Positions 10,340 through 19,928 of a stretch of 64,000 nucleotides of DNA are shown piece after piece. The notes beneath the pieces were generated by a model. That model searched no databases. It saw nothing but the letters and a program-made list of their open reading frames with translations, and was not told where the DNA came from. The position numbers and the translations under genes were made by a program. This DNA comes from an uncultured Candidatus Saccharibacteria bacterium (GTDB taxonomy: Bacteria; Patescibacteriota; Minisyncoccia; Portnoybacterales; UBA2143): NCBI GenBank assembly GCA_964596615.1, contig CAZQUN010000001.1, positions 66,786 to 130,785 on the forward strand. Direction: 5' to 3'. Numbering within the stretch: the stretch's first letter is position 1; every line of letters starts with the position of its first letter.

Positions 10340-11288
10340 AATATTTTGTTAATTCAATTAAAGAATCTTTAATATCAAATTTTGGCTGATAGCCAAGTTC
10401 TTTTTCAGCCCTGCTAATATCATAGCGCTGATTTTTAGTCAGCAGATTAATCCGATAAACATCTAAGGGAGGATTTTTAAAAAATAATTCTGCTAAAAGA
10501 CCAATAGATTTCGCTAAAAAAACAGGAAGGGTTAATGGAAATATTTTAACTTTAAGGACTTGGGAGATTAAAGAAACAATCTCTCTTATTCTCAAAGCCT
10601 GACCATCCCCAATAATATATATCCTTCCAATAGAATTCTTGTTTTCCAAAACAAGGATAAAGGCCTCAACTAAGTTCCTAACATCAACCAAATGAAGATA
10701 ATTATCGCCTTTTCCAATTTGAAAATAGTTTCTTTGTTTTATCATTTTAATTAATTTAAAAATCATGCCATCAAAGTCATTTCTGCCATAGATAATTGTC
10801 GGACGAACAATTGTCGCCCTATGCCCTAAACCAATCGCTTCCTTAACTTTCTTTTCAGCTTCAATTTTTGATAAATGATAATATTGATTGCCTCTGGTTG
10901 TCTGATAAGGAGAATTATCTAAGGCAATTTTCTCCTTTGGCCAGCCCAAAACCCCAACGCTGCTGCAATGAATAATTCTTTTTTCCTTGCCAGCTGCTTT
11001 TAATATATTTTCTGTTCCTTTAACATTAACTTCCCAGTAATCTTTTTTGGATTTATCTGTCTGTCCCCGGATGGCAGCTAAATGAAAAACAACCTCAACG
11101 TCCGAAGTGATTTTTTTCAAAAACTCTAAGTCAGTTATCTGGCCATAGACAACCTCAGCGCCAATTCTTTCCAATTCTTTTCCATTTTGACGGACAAGGC
11201 ATTTAACTCTGAAATTTTTTCTCAATAATTCCTTAACTAAATTAGAGCCAATAAAACCTGTTGCTCCAGTAACTAATATTTTAGACAT
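10317..11288 (-). CDS. NAD-dependent epimerase/dehydratase
   Basis: TGATGFIG, HLAA, YxxxK (YHLSK). Confidence 0.92.
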   Translation of the reverse strand: MSKILVTGATGFIGSNLVKELLRKNFRVKCLVRQNGKELERIGAEVVYGQITDLEFLKKITSDVEVVFHLAAIRGQTDKSKKDYWEVNVKGTENILKAAGKEKRIIHCSSVGVLGWPKEKIALDNSPYQTTRGNQYYHLSKIEAEKKVKEAIGLGHRATIVRPTIIYGRNDFDGMIFKLIKMIKQRNYFQIGKGDNYLHLVDVRNLVEAFILVLENKNSIGRIYIIGDGQALRIREIVSLISQVLKVKIFPLTLPVFLAKSIGLLAELFFKNPPLDVYRINLLTKNQRYDISRAEKELGYQPKFDIKDSLIELTKYYDRSGYL

Positions 11289-12379
11289 TATTCCAAAAGC
11301 CCTTTTAAAAAATATTTAAGAGTTAAAAACAAGTTCTGAGGGATACTGGTGTTAGCCGCAACAGCTAAATAGCATCCTGGGCAATTCTCTAATTTTCTCT
11401 TTTTGACTAGTTTTCTGATTTCTTTCGCCCGGCTTGAAAACCAGATCTTTCTGAAATCATATCCAGCCCGATGTAAATTGCCCATCGGATAATGATCAGC
11501 CATCATGCAACAAATCCAGACATTACCATTAGTTGTGATCTGAGTGTGATTAAAACTAGCATAACAAGGCAGGCCATTGCCCTTAATATATTTATCAATA
11601 TATATTCTTCTGACCAAATCAATCAATTTGGTTGTATTCTTTTTAGTACTGTAGCTTTTAACTACATTAACCAAATCCTCTTTTTTAGGCAAAATATCTG
11701 TTCCCATTGTTCCTAATTCAAATCTTAATTCCGAGGGCTCCATCTTAAAAGAATCCGGGTTAAAGTTTTTAACAACATAGTCATAGATTCGAGGAACTTT
11801 CTGGTAATTCCATTTACTGACAACGGTGTGAATGCCTAAATTCAAATTCTTGTACTTTTTTTGAAGCTCTTTAGTTATCTCAATTGTTTCAACAAGTTTT
11901 TCCCAATTCCCTTCCATCCCTCTAATTTTATCATGGTCCTGGCCAATGCCGTCTAAGGACAGATTAACCGTAACATCACTTTTAATTCCCTGGCTTAAAA
12001 ACTTATCCATAATTTCCAAGTATCTTTTCGGCATTGAACCATTATGACAAATGACTAAAATCTCAGGCCGGCAATTCTGATAAAGACCGATTAATAGTTC
12101 TAAAGCATCCTGCCTTAAAAATGGCTCTCCGCCAGTCCAAACACAAAAAGTAGTTTTGCCCATACTTTTCCAAATATCTATCCATTGCTGAGTTGTTAAT
12201 TCCTTTTCAGCCAAATCAGAGTCCTTTCGGTATTTCTCCCAAATATGACAAGTCCGGCATTTGCTATTGCAAAAATTAGTCACTGAAAAAACCGCGTTAG
12301 AAGGTAGCATTTTTGGCCAACCAAAAAAACGAAATGACTTATAACCTAAAATTTTAAAAAAGTAATTAAAATAATTCAT
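11288..12379 (-). CDS. Radical SAM protein with SPASM/twitch domain
   Basis: CNSKCRTC, TGGEPFLR; C-terminal C...GNVWICC...CPGC. Confidence 0.9.
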   Translation of the reverse strand: MNYFNYFFKILGYKSFRFFGWPKMLPSNAVFSVTNFCNSKCRTCHIWEKYRKDSDLAEKELTTQQWIDIWKSMGKTTFCVWTGGEPFLRQDALELLIGLYQNCRPEILVICHNGSMPKRYLEIMDKFLSQGIKSDVTVNLSLDGIGQDHDKIRGMEGNWEKLVETIEITKELQKKYKNLNLGIHTVVSKWNYQKVPRIYDYVVKNFNPDSFKMEPSELRFELGTMGTDILPKKEDLVNVVKSYSTKKNTTKLIDLVRRIYIDKYIKGNGLPCYASFNHTQITTNGNVWICCMMADHYPMGNLHRAGYDFRKIWFSSRAKEIRKLVKKRKLENCPGCYLAVAANTSIPQNLFLTLKYFLKGLLE

Positions 12380-13296
12380 TGTTTTTTTAATCTAAAGCTT
12401 AAAAAAACTCCGAAAAGAGCAGGTAAATAGGAAACTAATATCAAACCACTCAAAGAAAGAGCAACTATGCTCTCTATCGAAACATCAAACTGAGAAAAAA
12501 GAAGAATTAAAGCCATTTCCCTTGTTCCTAATCCACTGATTGTAATAGGGATCAAACTAACAACGGTAGCAATCGGCAAATAGAATATTATCTGCCAAAA
12601 ACCAATATCAATATTTAGGGCTTTAACAATGAGATAACTCTGCGAATAAATTAAAAACCAGATTAAAATTGTCAAAAGAAAGGAAAAAAGCAGTTTTCTG
12701 CGACGAGGCAAGTTGTCATAGAAATCATGAAATACTTTTTTTAATGGTTCCTGGAATTTATCTGGAACAAGTTTCTTTAAAAAACCGAACAAAAACTTTG
12801 CTCTTTTCTTAGAGTAGAAAAGCAGGACTATTAGAATAAAAACGGAAGCGAAAATTGAAACTTGAAGAATTAAATTCGGGAATTGACTAATCAGCATAAT
12901 TGCTCCAATAGAAGCGAAAATTATCAAAGCTGAAATATCTAAAATCCGGTCAATGATAACACTGGCGCCAACTGCGCCAAATGAATCTCTAAGATAGCCG
13001 ATTTTGATAAAATAGCCTAGCCGGGAAGGGGTCAAAAGGGCGTAATAATGACTAACAAGCTGAACTTTAAAAAGATGCCAAAAATTATAATCCAATTTCT
13101 GGATTTTTAATAGTTTCTGCCATTTTAATGCTTGAAAAAGAAAGACTGAGAGAATAAGAAAAGGCAGAAAGGCAAAAAATGAATAATCAGCTTGTTTTAG
13201 AAGTAGCAAAAACTCGTCTAAATCAATTCTGGACAGAATTAATAGGAATAAAAGGATTCCTATCAAAGCAAGGTATTTATACCAATTTTTCCGCAT
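12376..13296 (-). CDS. UPF0104/AglD2 (lysylphosphatidylglycerol synthase TM-like) flippase
   Basis: TPSRLG, IIDRILD, IPITISGLGTRE. Confidence 0.85.
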   Translation of the reverse strand: MRKNWYKYLALIGILLFLLILSRIDLDEFLLLLKQADYSFFAFLPFLILSVFLFQALKWQKLLKIQKLDYNFWHLFKVQLVSHYYALLTPSRLGYFIKIGYLRDSFGAVGASVIIDRILDISALIIFASIGAIMLISQFPNLILQVSIFASVFILIVLLFYSKKRAKFLFGFLKKLVPDKFQEPLKKVFHDFYDNLPRRRKLLFSFLLTILIWFLIYSQSYLIVKALNIDIGFWQIIFYLPIATVVSLIPITISGLGTREMALILLFSQFDVSIESIVALSLSGLILVSYLPALFGVFLSFRLKKQ

Positions 13297-13305
13297 ATTC
13301 TCTTA

Positions 13306-13334
13306 ATAATACTCTTTATTTAACCTTTTTTCAA
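13306..13334 (-). promoter_or_regulatory. Putative sigma70 promoter internal to the glycan locus
   Basis: TTGAAA-N17-TATTAT just upstream of the ATG at 13296. Confidence 0.45.
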
Positions 13335-13391
13335 GATAAAAAAACGAAGCCAAAGCCTCGTCTCTTGTAAAAATTATTCTGTTTTTTAGAC

Positions 13392-14342
13392 CTATTTTCT
13401 CTTATTAACCAACCCGTAAAAAAATCCTATTCCATAAGTTAAATGAGTTAAAATTATAGCGATAAAAATCAAAGGGCTCAAAACAAAATTAATTATTAAA
13501 CTGGTAATAATAATTATGATTAAATAGAAAGCCGTTAATAGCAAAAACATTTTAGCGATCATTAGAGACAAGAAGGAAAAAATCGTTCCAAAAACTAGAA
13601 AAAGAACAAAGGAAAAAGGAATGAAATAATAGAGTTTGTCAAAAGAAAAATCCTCTTTTATTACCCAGGCCTTATCCCGACTATAATTCCAAATCTGCCT
13701 TAAATGCGGTTTCCATAAATGACGCCTGTCATGGTAAACAACTGCTTCAGGAATATAGAGTACTTTTTTCCCCAATTTCCTAATATTAAAACAGAACTTA
13801 GCATCTTCGCCAGTCAAAAGCGTCTCATCAAAGCCATTAACTTTTAGAGCGTCTTTTCTTTTAACTATCAGATTACAAGAAGGCATTTCTTTAACCGGCA
13901 ATCCTTCTCTGAATTTTAATCTCAGCTTGTACCTTAGAGCAAAAGCGCCGCTAGCAATCGAGGAAGCAAAAATATATCCGCTGACTTTTTGGCCAATTGA
14001 GTTATCACTGGGAGTCAAATTAGGACCACCAACCGCACCGACATCATCTCTTTCAAAGTACCTCAAGGCAATTTTGAGCCAATCTTTGATTGGATAAGCA
14101 TCATCATCAACAAAAGCCAGGATTTCTCCTTTGGCTTTTTTTATAGCTATGTTTCTTTTTCTGGAAGGTTTAACTGGGCCGGTTTCAATAATCTTAATCT
14201 TATCACTACTTGGCTCGGTTGTTTTTTTATCCGGCAAAGCAATAATTTCAAAGTCCTTTTCAGATTGATTTAAGCAATGTTTAAAACATTTTCCTGCCTG
14301 AGCGCCAAATAGCGGGTATGGGATAATAATTGAAACCTTCAT
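13392..14342 (-). CDS. Glycosyltransferase family 2 with C-terminal TM helices
   Basis: VSIIIP, AFVDDDA, GFDE...GED. Confidence 0.9.
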   Translation of the reverse strand: MKVSIIIPYPLFGAQAGKCFKHCLNQSEKDFEIIALPDKKTTEPSSDKIKIIETGPVKPSRKRNIAIKKAKGEILAFVDDDAYPIKDWLKIALRYFERDDVGAVGGPNLTPSDNSIGQKVSGYIFASSIASGAFALRYKLRLKFREGLPVKEMPSCNLIVKRKDALKVNGFDETLLTGEDAKFCFNIRKLGKKVLYIPEAVVYHDRRHLWKPHLRQIWNYSRDKAWVIKEDFSFDKLYYFIPFSFVLFLVFGTIFSFLSLMIAKMFLLLTAFYLIIIIITSLIINFVLSPLIFIAIILTHLTYGIGFFYGLVNKRK

Positions 14343-15610
14343 ATGAATTTAATCTTTCTCATGGCGAAAATGACCATTTTTAACAAAATCCAGCCATGTC
14401 TGAATCGACTAATATTCGTTTCTCCGTAAATTCTTTCCTGGTATCTAATTGGCAAATCAACAATTTTCAGATTTAACTTAGCCGCTCCAAAAAGCATATC
14501 AAAATCACCAAAAGGATCAAAATCACCAAAAAACTTTCTCCCCTTCCTTATCCTTTGGTAGTCATCCCGCCACATAACTTTTGTCCCGCAAAGAGTATCT
14601 TTAATCCTTTGGTCTAAAAGCCAGGAAAACATTAAGCTAAAAAACTTATTCCCCAAAACATTCAAAAACCTCATTGATTCTTTTTCCAAAGGATAAACCA
14701 AACGACAGCCATTAATGAATTCTCCCCGGCCGCTGGTAATTGCTCGGTAAAACTTTCTTAATTCCTTTGGCCTAACTGTCATATCAGCATCTAAAATCAT
14801 TAAAATATCTTTTTTAGCGTTTCTGAAACCTTTTCTGACAGCATTGTATTTTCCTTTGCCATCCTGGACAAAAACCCTAATATTCTTATCAGAATATTTC
14901 TTTTTTACCCTTTTAATCTCTTCCAGAGTATTATCTTTTGAATCGCCTTCGACAAAAATGATTTCTGTTTCAGAACCAAGCATAGGGGTTTTTTGAACAA
15001 CCGGTTCAATATGGTCTTTTTCATTTCTGGTCGGGACAATTATTGAAACACTTGGTTTTTTCTTAATCAGCTTCTTTTCCGGTTGAGACCTAACTATGAA
15101 AAATTTTAACAAACAGAATTTTCTGATTAAAGGAAACCTTGATAAGAACCGGTTAAAAAAAGATGAAAGAAAAGGAATATATTTAGGAATTAAAAGGCGT
15201 TCCCCTTTTTTAACAACATCGAAACCGGCTAAATAGAGGAGGTTCTCAATATCAGAAGAAGCCAGCCAGTTCCGAAAGGGTTGTGGCCTTTTTAGACGGA
15301 AAAATTCAGCTAATTTCAAAACCGGCTCCCATAAATAATTGTGGTAAGTCAAAACTATTCTTGATCCGGGATTAACTACCCGGTGAAGCTGCTGGAGAGT
15401 TTTCTGAATATCTCTGGCAAAACTAATTAAATCAAGGGCAATAATATATTGATATTTTTTCCCTTTTTTCAATTGAATAGCTGGAATTTCTCCTTTAGAG
15501 CAATCTATTCTTAAAATTAAACTTTCTTTCGGAACCAAAAAGCCAAGAAGATTTTTAATCTCTTGATGATAATATTTATTCTTTTTTGCCCATTTATCTG
15601 GATTGTTCAT
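14339..15610 (-). CDS. Degenerate methyltransferase domain fused to a GT2 (DPM1-like) domain
   Basis: C-half SIIVPTRNE, ILDADMTV, DTLCGTK; the N-half is MTase-like but lacks the GxG motif. Confidence 0.8.
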   Translation of the reverse strand: MNNPDKWAKKNKYYHQEIKNLLGFLVPKESLILRIDCSKGEIPAIQLKKGKKYQYIIALDLISFARDIQKTLQQLHRVVNPGSRIVLTYHNYLWEPVLKLAEFFRLKRPQPFRNWLASSDIENLLYLAGFDVVKKGERLLIPKYIPFLSSFFNRFLSRFPLIRKFCLLKFFIVRSQPEKKLIKKKPSVSIIVPTRNEKDHIEPVVQKTPMLGSETEIIFVEGDSKDNTLEEIKRVKKKYSDKNIRVFVQDGKGKYNAVRKGFRNAKKDILMILDADMTVRPKELRKFYRAITSGRGEFINGCRLVYPLEKESMRFLNVLGNKFFSLMFSWLLDQRIKDTLCGTKVMWRDDYQRIRKGRKFFGDFDPFGDFDMLFGAAKLNLKIVDLPIRYQERIYGETNISRFRHGWILLKMVIFAMRKIKFI

Positions 15611-16964
15611 CTAGATTAAAGTATCTCAAATATCGATAAACCCCATAAAAGAAAAGGATAAATAGAAATGGCTGGAATGGCAAGCGCAGCCGGGCCATGG
15701 CAGCCCAACTTGAGCCAAAAGCAATTAATCCGATAATAATTAACAGGACCAAACCGATTCGGCGTAAATCTCTTTTTTTTAACATCAAAATTGCGCCAAT
15801 TAAAGCAATTAAATTAATTAAAAGCCAAAAGCCAATACCAAAAATTCTGATTAAAAATATCTGATTGCCTTTCAAAGAAGAAGCCAAAGCTGAAAAATCT
15901 TTCTGAGTTAAAAGATTAGAAATATTGACTGAAACTGATTGGCCTAAGTCAATATTCCAAAAAGATAATATTCTTAGCCAGCCTGATTCGGTAAAAACAG
16001 GAATGGCTTTAATAATATGCCATTTTAAATATGTTAATGGCTGGGCTGTGACAACCGAGAAATTAATTTCTCTTAGAACTGGGATGTATTCGTCAACATA
16101 GCGTATTTGTTCAAAACTCTCAACGCCGGCTTTTTCAACAGCCAAGTTCTGTAAATATGCATCAGCCTGTTCCCGTGTCATTCCCTGGCTCAGGACTAAA
16201 TAGTCGCGGACTCCACCAAAAAAATACAGGAAATGATTAATATTGGAAATAGTATAGGTTCCGAACTGAACCTTATTCCTCATCATCCAAGGAGAAAGAA
16301 CTGCTAAAAATATGATTAAATAGACAATTAAGTATTTAACTAATTTAGGCCAACTCACTTTTTTCCAGAGGATAATGATGGTTGCAATTGCCAGAATCGG
16401 ATAAAAGAAAAGGGCAATCTGTCTGACAAAAGCTGCTAAAGCTAGAAAAACCGCTGACCAGATAATGAATTTCCATTTTTCTTTTTTCCAGAATAAGGCC
16501 AGAAGATAAACTGAGAGAATGAAGAAGAACATAAAAGGCGCCTCTGAAGAAGTGACATTGGATGAATAAAAGCTGAATGGCTCAAAAGCCATAAAAACCG
16601 CTGTTCCGATTGAAATGAAATTATTAAAGAAGAGGCGAGCGAACTTGTAAACGAAAACAATGAAAAATGAATAAATAATATTCTGCCAAAGAACAATAAA
16701 AAGATATTTGGGAATAATCAGCCAGGAAACAGCCATTAAAATCGGGTAGCCCGGAGCTGGATAAGAATGAGGGATTACTCCATCAGCACTGAAAATACCC
16801 TGGGTTAAAAAATTCAAACCGGCCTGAATATATCCATCCTGATCCTTGATAAAATTAATATCGCCCAATTTAAAAAAGGCGATGAGCATGTAAATTAGCC
16901 GAGGAATCAAAGCCAGAAAAAATAAAATAACAATTACCTTATTCTTTTTTATCCAGTTTTTCAT
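15594..16964 (-). CDS. GT-C (ArnT/GT39-like) glycosyltransferase
   Basis: DQDGY, PAPGYP, SEAPF, LAAFVRQ, PWMMRN, ARLRLP. Confidence 0.85.
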   Translation of the reverse strand: MKNWIKKNKVIVILFFLALIPRLIYMLIAFFKLGDINFIKDQDGYIQAGLNFLTQGIFSADGVIPHSYPAPGYPILMAVSWLIIPKYLFIVLWQNIIYSFFIVFVYKFARLFFNNFISIGTAVFMAFEPFSFYSSNVTSSEAPFMFFFILSVYLLALFWKKEKWKFIIWSAVFLALAAFVRQIALFFYPILAIATIIILWKKVSWPKLVKYLIVYLIIFLAVLSPWMMRNKVQFGTYTISNINHFLYFFGGVRDYLVLSQGMTREQADAYLQNLAVEKAGVESFEQIRYVDEYIPVLREINFSVVTAQPLTYLKWHIIKAIPVFTESGWLRILSFWNIDLGQSVSVNISNLLTQKDFSALASSLKGNQIFLIRIFGIGFWLLINLIALIGAILMLKKRDLRRIGLVLLIIIGLIAFGSSWAAMARLRLPFQPFLFILFFYGVYRYLRYFNLDEQSR

Positions 16965-17845
16965 TTAAATGAATTCTTAATTTCAATAGTTTGCTTAATT
17001 TTTCCTAAAAAAATCAGGGGAGAATAAAGCAGAACACTTGGCCTGAATCTGACCCATTTCAATATTATAAACCCGGTATAAAGAATCGCCAAGGGAAGGA
17101 TATAGAGATAAGCTATTAATAAGGAATTGGGCATTAGATAAGATAAATCCATTTTCATTCCTTTTCTCATTTTAACAGCATGTTTGCCGCAATGGGCCTG
17201 ATGGGCTAAAAAGCCCTTCAAATCATCCCGGTCATAATGACGAACAACTATATCTGATTTAAAATACAATTTCAGATTATTCTTCAGGGCCCGAAAACTG
17301 AATTCAGCATCTTCTCCACCATGTCCTAATTCTTCATTGAAATAGCCAATTTTTTCAAAAACACTCCTTTTAATTGAAAGATTATTGGTTGGGAAATGGA
17401 ATCTTTTGATATAGTAATCTTTGCTAAAAGGAACTGATGTCCACCAGCTGGAAAATGTATCAGCTGCTCCATAAATCGTCTTGTAAATTCCAACTACTCC
17501 CCCGCCAATTAAATCAGTCTCATTTTCCCTATGGGCTTGGACATGTCTTTTTATCCAATCCTTTTCAACCAAACTATCAGCATCGAGCAGAATAATTAAA
17601 TCTCCATCTGAATTCTTAATTCCGACATTCCTACTAAAAGCCGTCAACGACCTTGCTTGATTGGAATAGTATTTCAATCTTTTGTCTTTGATGCTTTCTA
17701 AAATCTCTAAGGTATTATCAGTTGATTTATCATCAACAACAATAACCTCAAAATTCTGATAATCATTTTCAAAAACACTCTCTAGGCATTCTCCAATTGT
17801 TTTTCCCATGTTATGAACCGGGATTATAAGACTAACTTTTCCCAT
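16961..17845 (-). CDS. Glycosyltransferase family 2
   Basis: VSLIIPVHN, VDDKSTD, LDAD, GGED. Confidence 0.92.
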   Translation of the reverse strand: MGKVSLIIPVHNMGKTIGECLESVFENDYQNFEVIVVDDKSTDNTLEILESIKDKRLKYYSNQARSLTAFSRNVGIKNSDGDLIILLDADSLVEKDWIKRHVQAHRENETDLIGGGVVGIYKTIYGAADTFSSWWTSVPFSKDYYIKRFHFPTNNLSIKRSVFEKIGYFNEELGHGGEDAEFSFRALKNNLKLYFKSDIVVRHYDRDDLKGFLAHQAHCGKHAVKMRKGMKMDLSYLMPNSLLIAYLYILPLAILYTGFIILKWVRFRPSVLLYSPLIFLGKIKQTIEIKNSFK

Positions 17846-18825
17846 TGTTTTGGATTTAAGAAAATATTATCGATTAAATTACAATTATGGTAGCAATAGC
17901 ATTCCTTTTGTTTAATACAATTCCTTTGCTCAATCGCCCTTTCTGATTTGAATAATTCCTTTAATTCTTTCTCCCTAATATTCCCATAGGGTTTTAACAT
18001 TTCGCAACTTGAAACATCGCCATTAGCATAAACAACCAGATGATGCTTCCAGGCCAGACAATCCGGAATTTGCCTCTTTTCCTTTATCACCCTTAAACTG
18101 GCATCAAAAGCTGTTCTCTGGTAATTCCTTAAAATTCTTCTTTCTAATGGCCCAAAGCCGTAATCATATTCTTTCCAAATGTCAAATATCTTATCTTTAA
18201 TCTTTAACAGCTCTTCATATGACGGGCGTCTTAAATTAGGATCTCTTGAAATTCCTCTCTGGATATTAATTGAATGAAAATCAACGCCTAACTTTTTAAC
18301 AAAATTCATCAAGTCAATTATTTCCCCGTAATTATCCTTTGAAAGGACGCTGGTAACTTTAACTCTAACTCCATCTATTTCTTTAAGTTTTCCAATTGTT
18401 TCAATCGCCTTGTTAAAAGTCCCTTCGCCTCTGATTGAATCATTGGTTTTTTCAAATCCATCTAATGAAACAGAAAGAACTATTTCAGCTTTTGTCCTTT
18501 CCTTGATTTTTTTAACCTGAGAACAAATTAATTCTCCATCAAAGCCATTGGTTGCAATGGCTATTGATTTAGTATCAAAGGTTGCGCAAATCTCATCTAA
18601 ATCATCTCTTAAAAATGGTTCTCCTCCGCCAATTTCCAGCCAGATTAATTTATCTAAATATTTTGAAATCCCTTTTATCTCTTCCAAGGTTAATTCTTTT
18701 CCTTTTAGATTATCAAAATCAACAAAACAAGTCCGGCATCTTAAATTACACCGGTTAGTAACATGAAGAATTAAATGAACCGGCTTATTAGAAAAAAAAG
18801 CGGATTTCAGTATTCTTTTTTTCAT
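17824..18825 (-). CDS. Radical SAM protein with SPASM/twitch domain
   Basis: CNLRCRTC, GGGEPFLR, GDVSSCE, CYCYHNC. Confidence 0.9.
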   Translation of the reverse strand: MKKRILKSAFFSNKPVHLILHVTNRCNLRCRTCFVDFDNLKGKELTLEEIKGISKYLDKLIWLEIGGGEPFLRDDLDEICATFDTKSIAIATNGFDGELICSQVKKIKERTKAEIVLSVSLDGFEKTNDSIRGEGTFNKAIETIGKLKEIDGVRVKVTSVLSKDNYGEIIDLMNFVKKLGVDFHSINIQRGISRDPNLRRPSYEELLKIKDKIFDIWKEYDYGFGPLERRILRNYQRTAFDASLRVIKEKRQIPDCLAWKHHLVVYANGDVSSCEMLKPYGNIREKELKELFKSERAIEQRNCIKQKECYCYHNCNLIDNIFLNPKQWEKLVL

Positions 18826-19928
18826 GAAATAAAGTTTAGAATATTTTCAGTTCTTTTCTGCCAGGAATATTTTTTAATATCTTCTCTGGCTTGTTTTGAA
18901 ATTCTCTCAGAAAGAGCTCCATCTTCTAAAACAATTTTAATTCCTTTGGCTAATTCTTCAGGATTATCTGGTTTAACTAAATATGAATTATTCTCATTCA
19001 AAACTTCTCTGATAGAAGGCAAATCAGAAGCGACAATTGGCCGATTACTGGCCATGTAGGTAAATAGCTTTAAAGGAGATGTCCAATATTGGGAAATCTT
19101 TTCTTTTCCTGAATTAGGCAAAACCAGAACATCAGCTGCTTTTTGATTAAAAGGCAGGTCTGTATAGGATAAATATCCAAGAAAAATGACATCAGGATAT
19201 TCTTTTTTAAGTTTTTCAACCTGTTCTTTAGTTCCGCCAATCATGACTAATTTAACTTCTTCGCTAAAAAACTTGGAAGATTCTAAAAGCGTCGAATATC
19301 CTTTCCATTCGTCAAAAAGCCCGGCGTAAAGAACAATCTTTTTATCTAAAGGCAGATTTAATTTTTCCCTTGCTTCTGTTTTTGATACTTCAATATTAAA
19401 ATCATTTAAATCAACTCCATCCGGAGCAACTAGAATCTTTTCTTCTGGAATTCCTTTTTCAATCAATTCGTTTTTTAATCCCTGGGTAATGGTAATAAGG
19501 CCTTTTGTTTTTTCTAAATCCTCTTTATTCAAACTTCTTGGTAATCTATGTATTTCGCAAAAAATATTCTCATCAGAAATACTTAAACGCTTGGCAAAGG
19601 AAATATCTCTTGTATAGATAATATTGGCTTCCTTTTTCTTTAAATATGACAAAACTGATTTAAGAAAACTTCTGCTTTGAAGCCAAAAGGAAATTCTTGG
19701 GACAAAAAATTGCATAAAATCTGTAATTTCCAAATATTTAATTTTAAAATTTTCTTCTTGGCCGTAATATTGCCAAACGCTTTCTTTTATCTCGTTTTTT
19801 CTTTTTGGAACAACTAATTCAACATTTAATCCAGCCAAAGCAAAATTCCGGCACATTTTCATGATTTGAATTCCATGCGCTTTTTCCGTCGGCATTCGAG
19901 TATTAGCAATGTAGATCAATTTTTTCAT
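18822..19928 (-). CDS. Glycosyltransferase family 4
   Basis: PDGVD, SPLKLFTYMASNRPIVASD. Confidence 0.9.
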   Translation of the reverse strand: MKKLIYIANTRMPTEKAHGIQIMKMCRNFALAGLNVELVVPKRKNEIKESVWQYYGQEENFKIKYLEITDFMQFFVPRISFWLQSRSFLKSVLSYLKKKEANIIYTRDISFAKRLSISDENIFCEIHRLPRSLNKEDLEKTKGLITITQGLKNELIEKGIPEEKILVAPDGVDLNDFNIEVSKTEAREKLNLPLDKKIVLYAGLFDEWKGYSTLLESSKFFSEEVKLVMIGGTKEQVEKLKKEYPDVIFLGYLSYTDLPFNQKAADVLVLPNSGKEKISQYWTSPLKLFTYMASNRPIVASDLPSIREVLNENNSYLVKPDNPEELAKGIKIVLEDGALSERISKQAREDIKKYSWQKRTENILNFIS

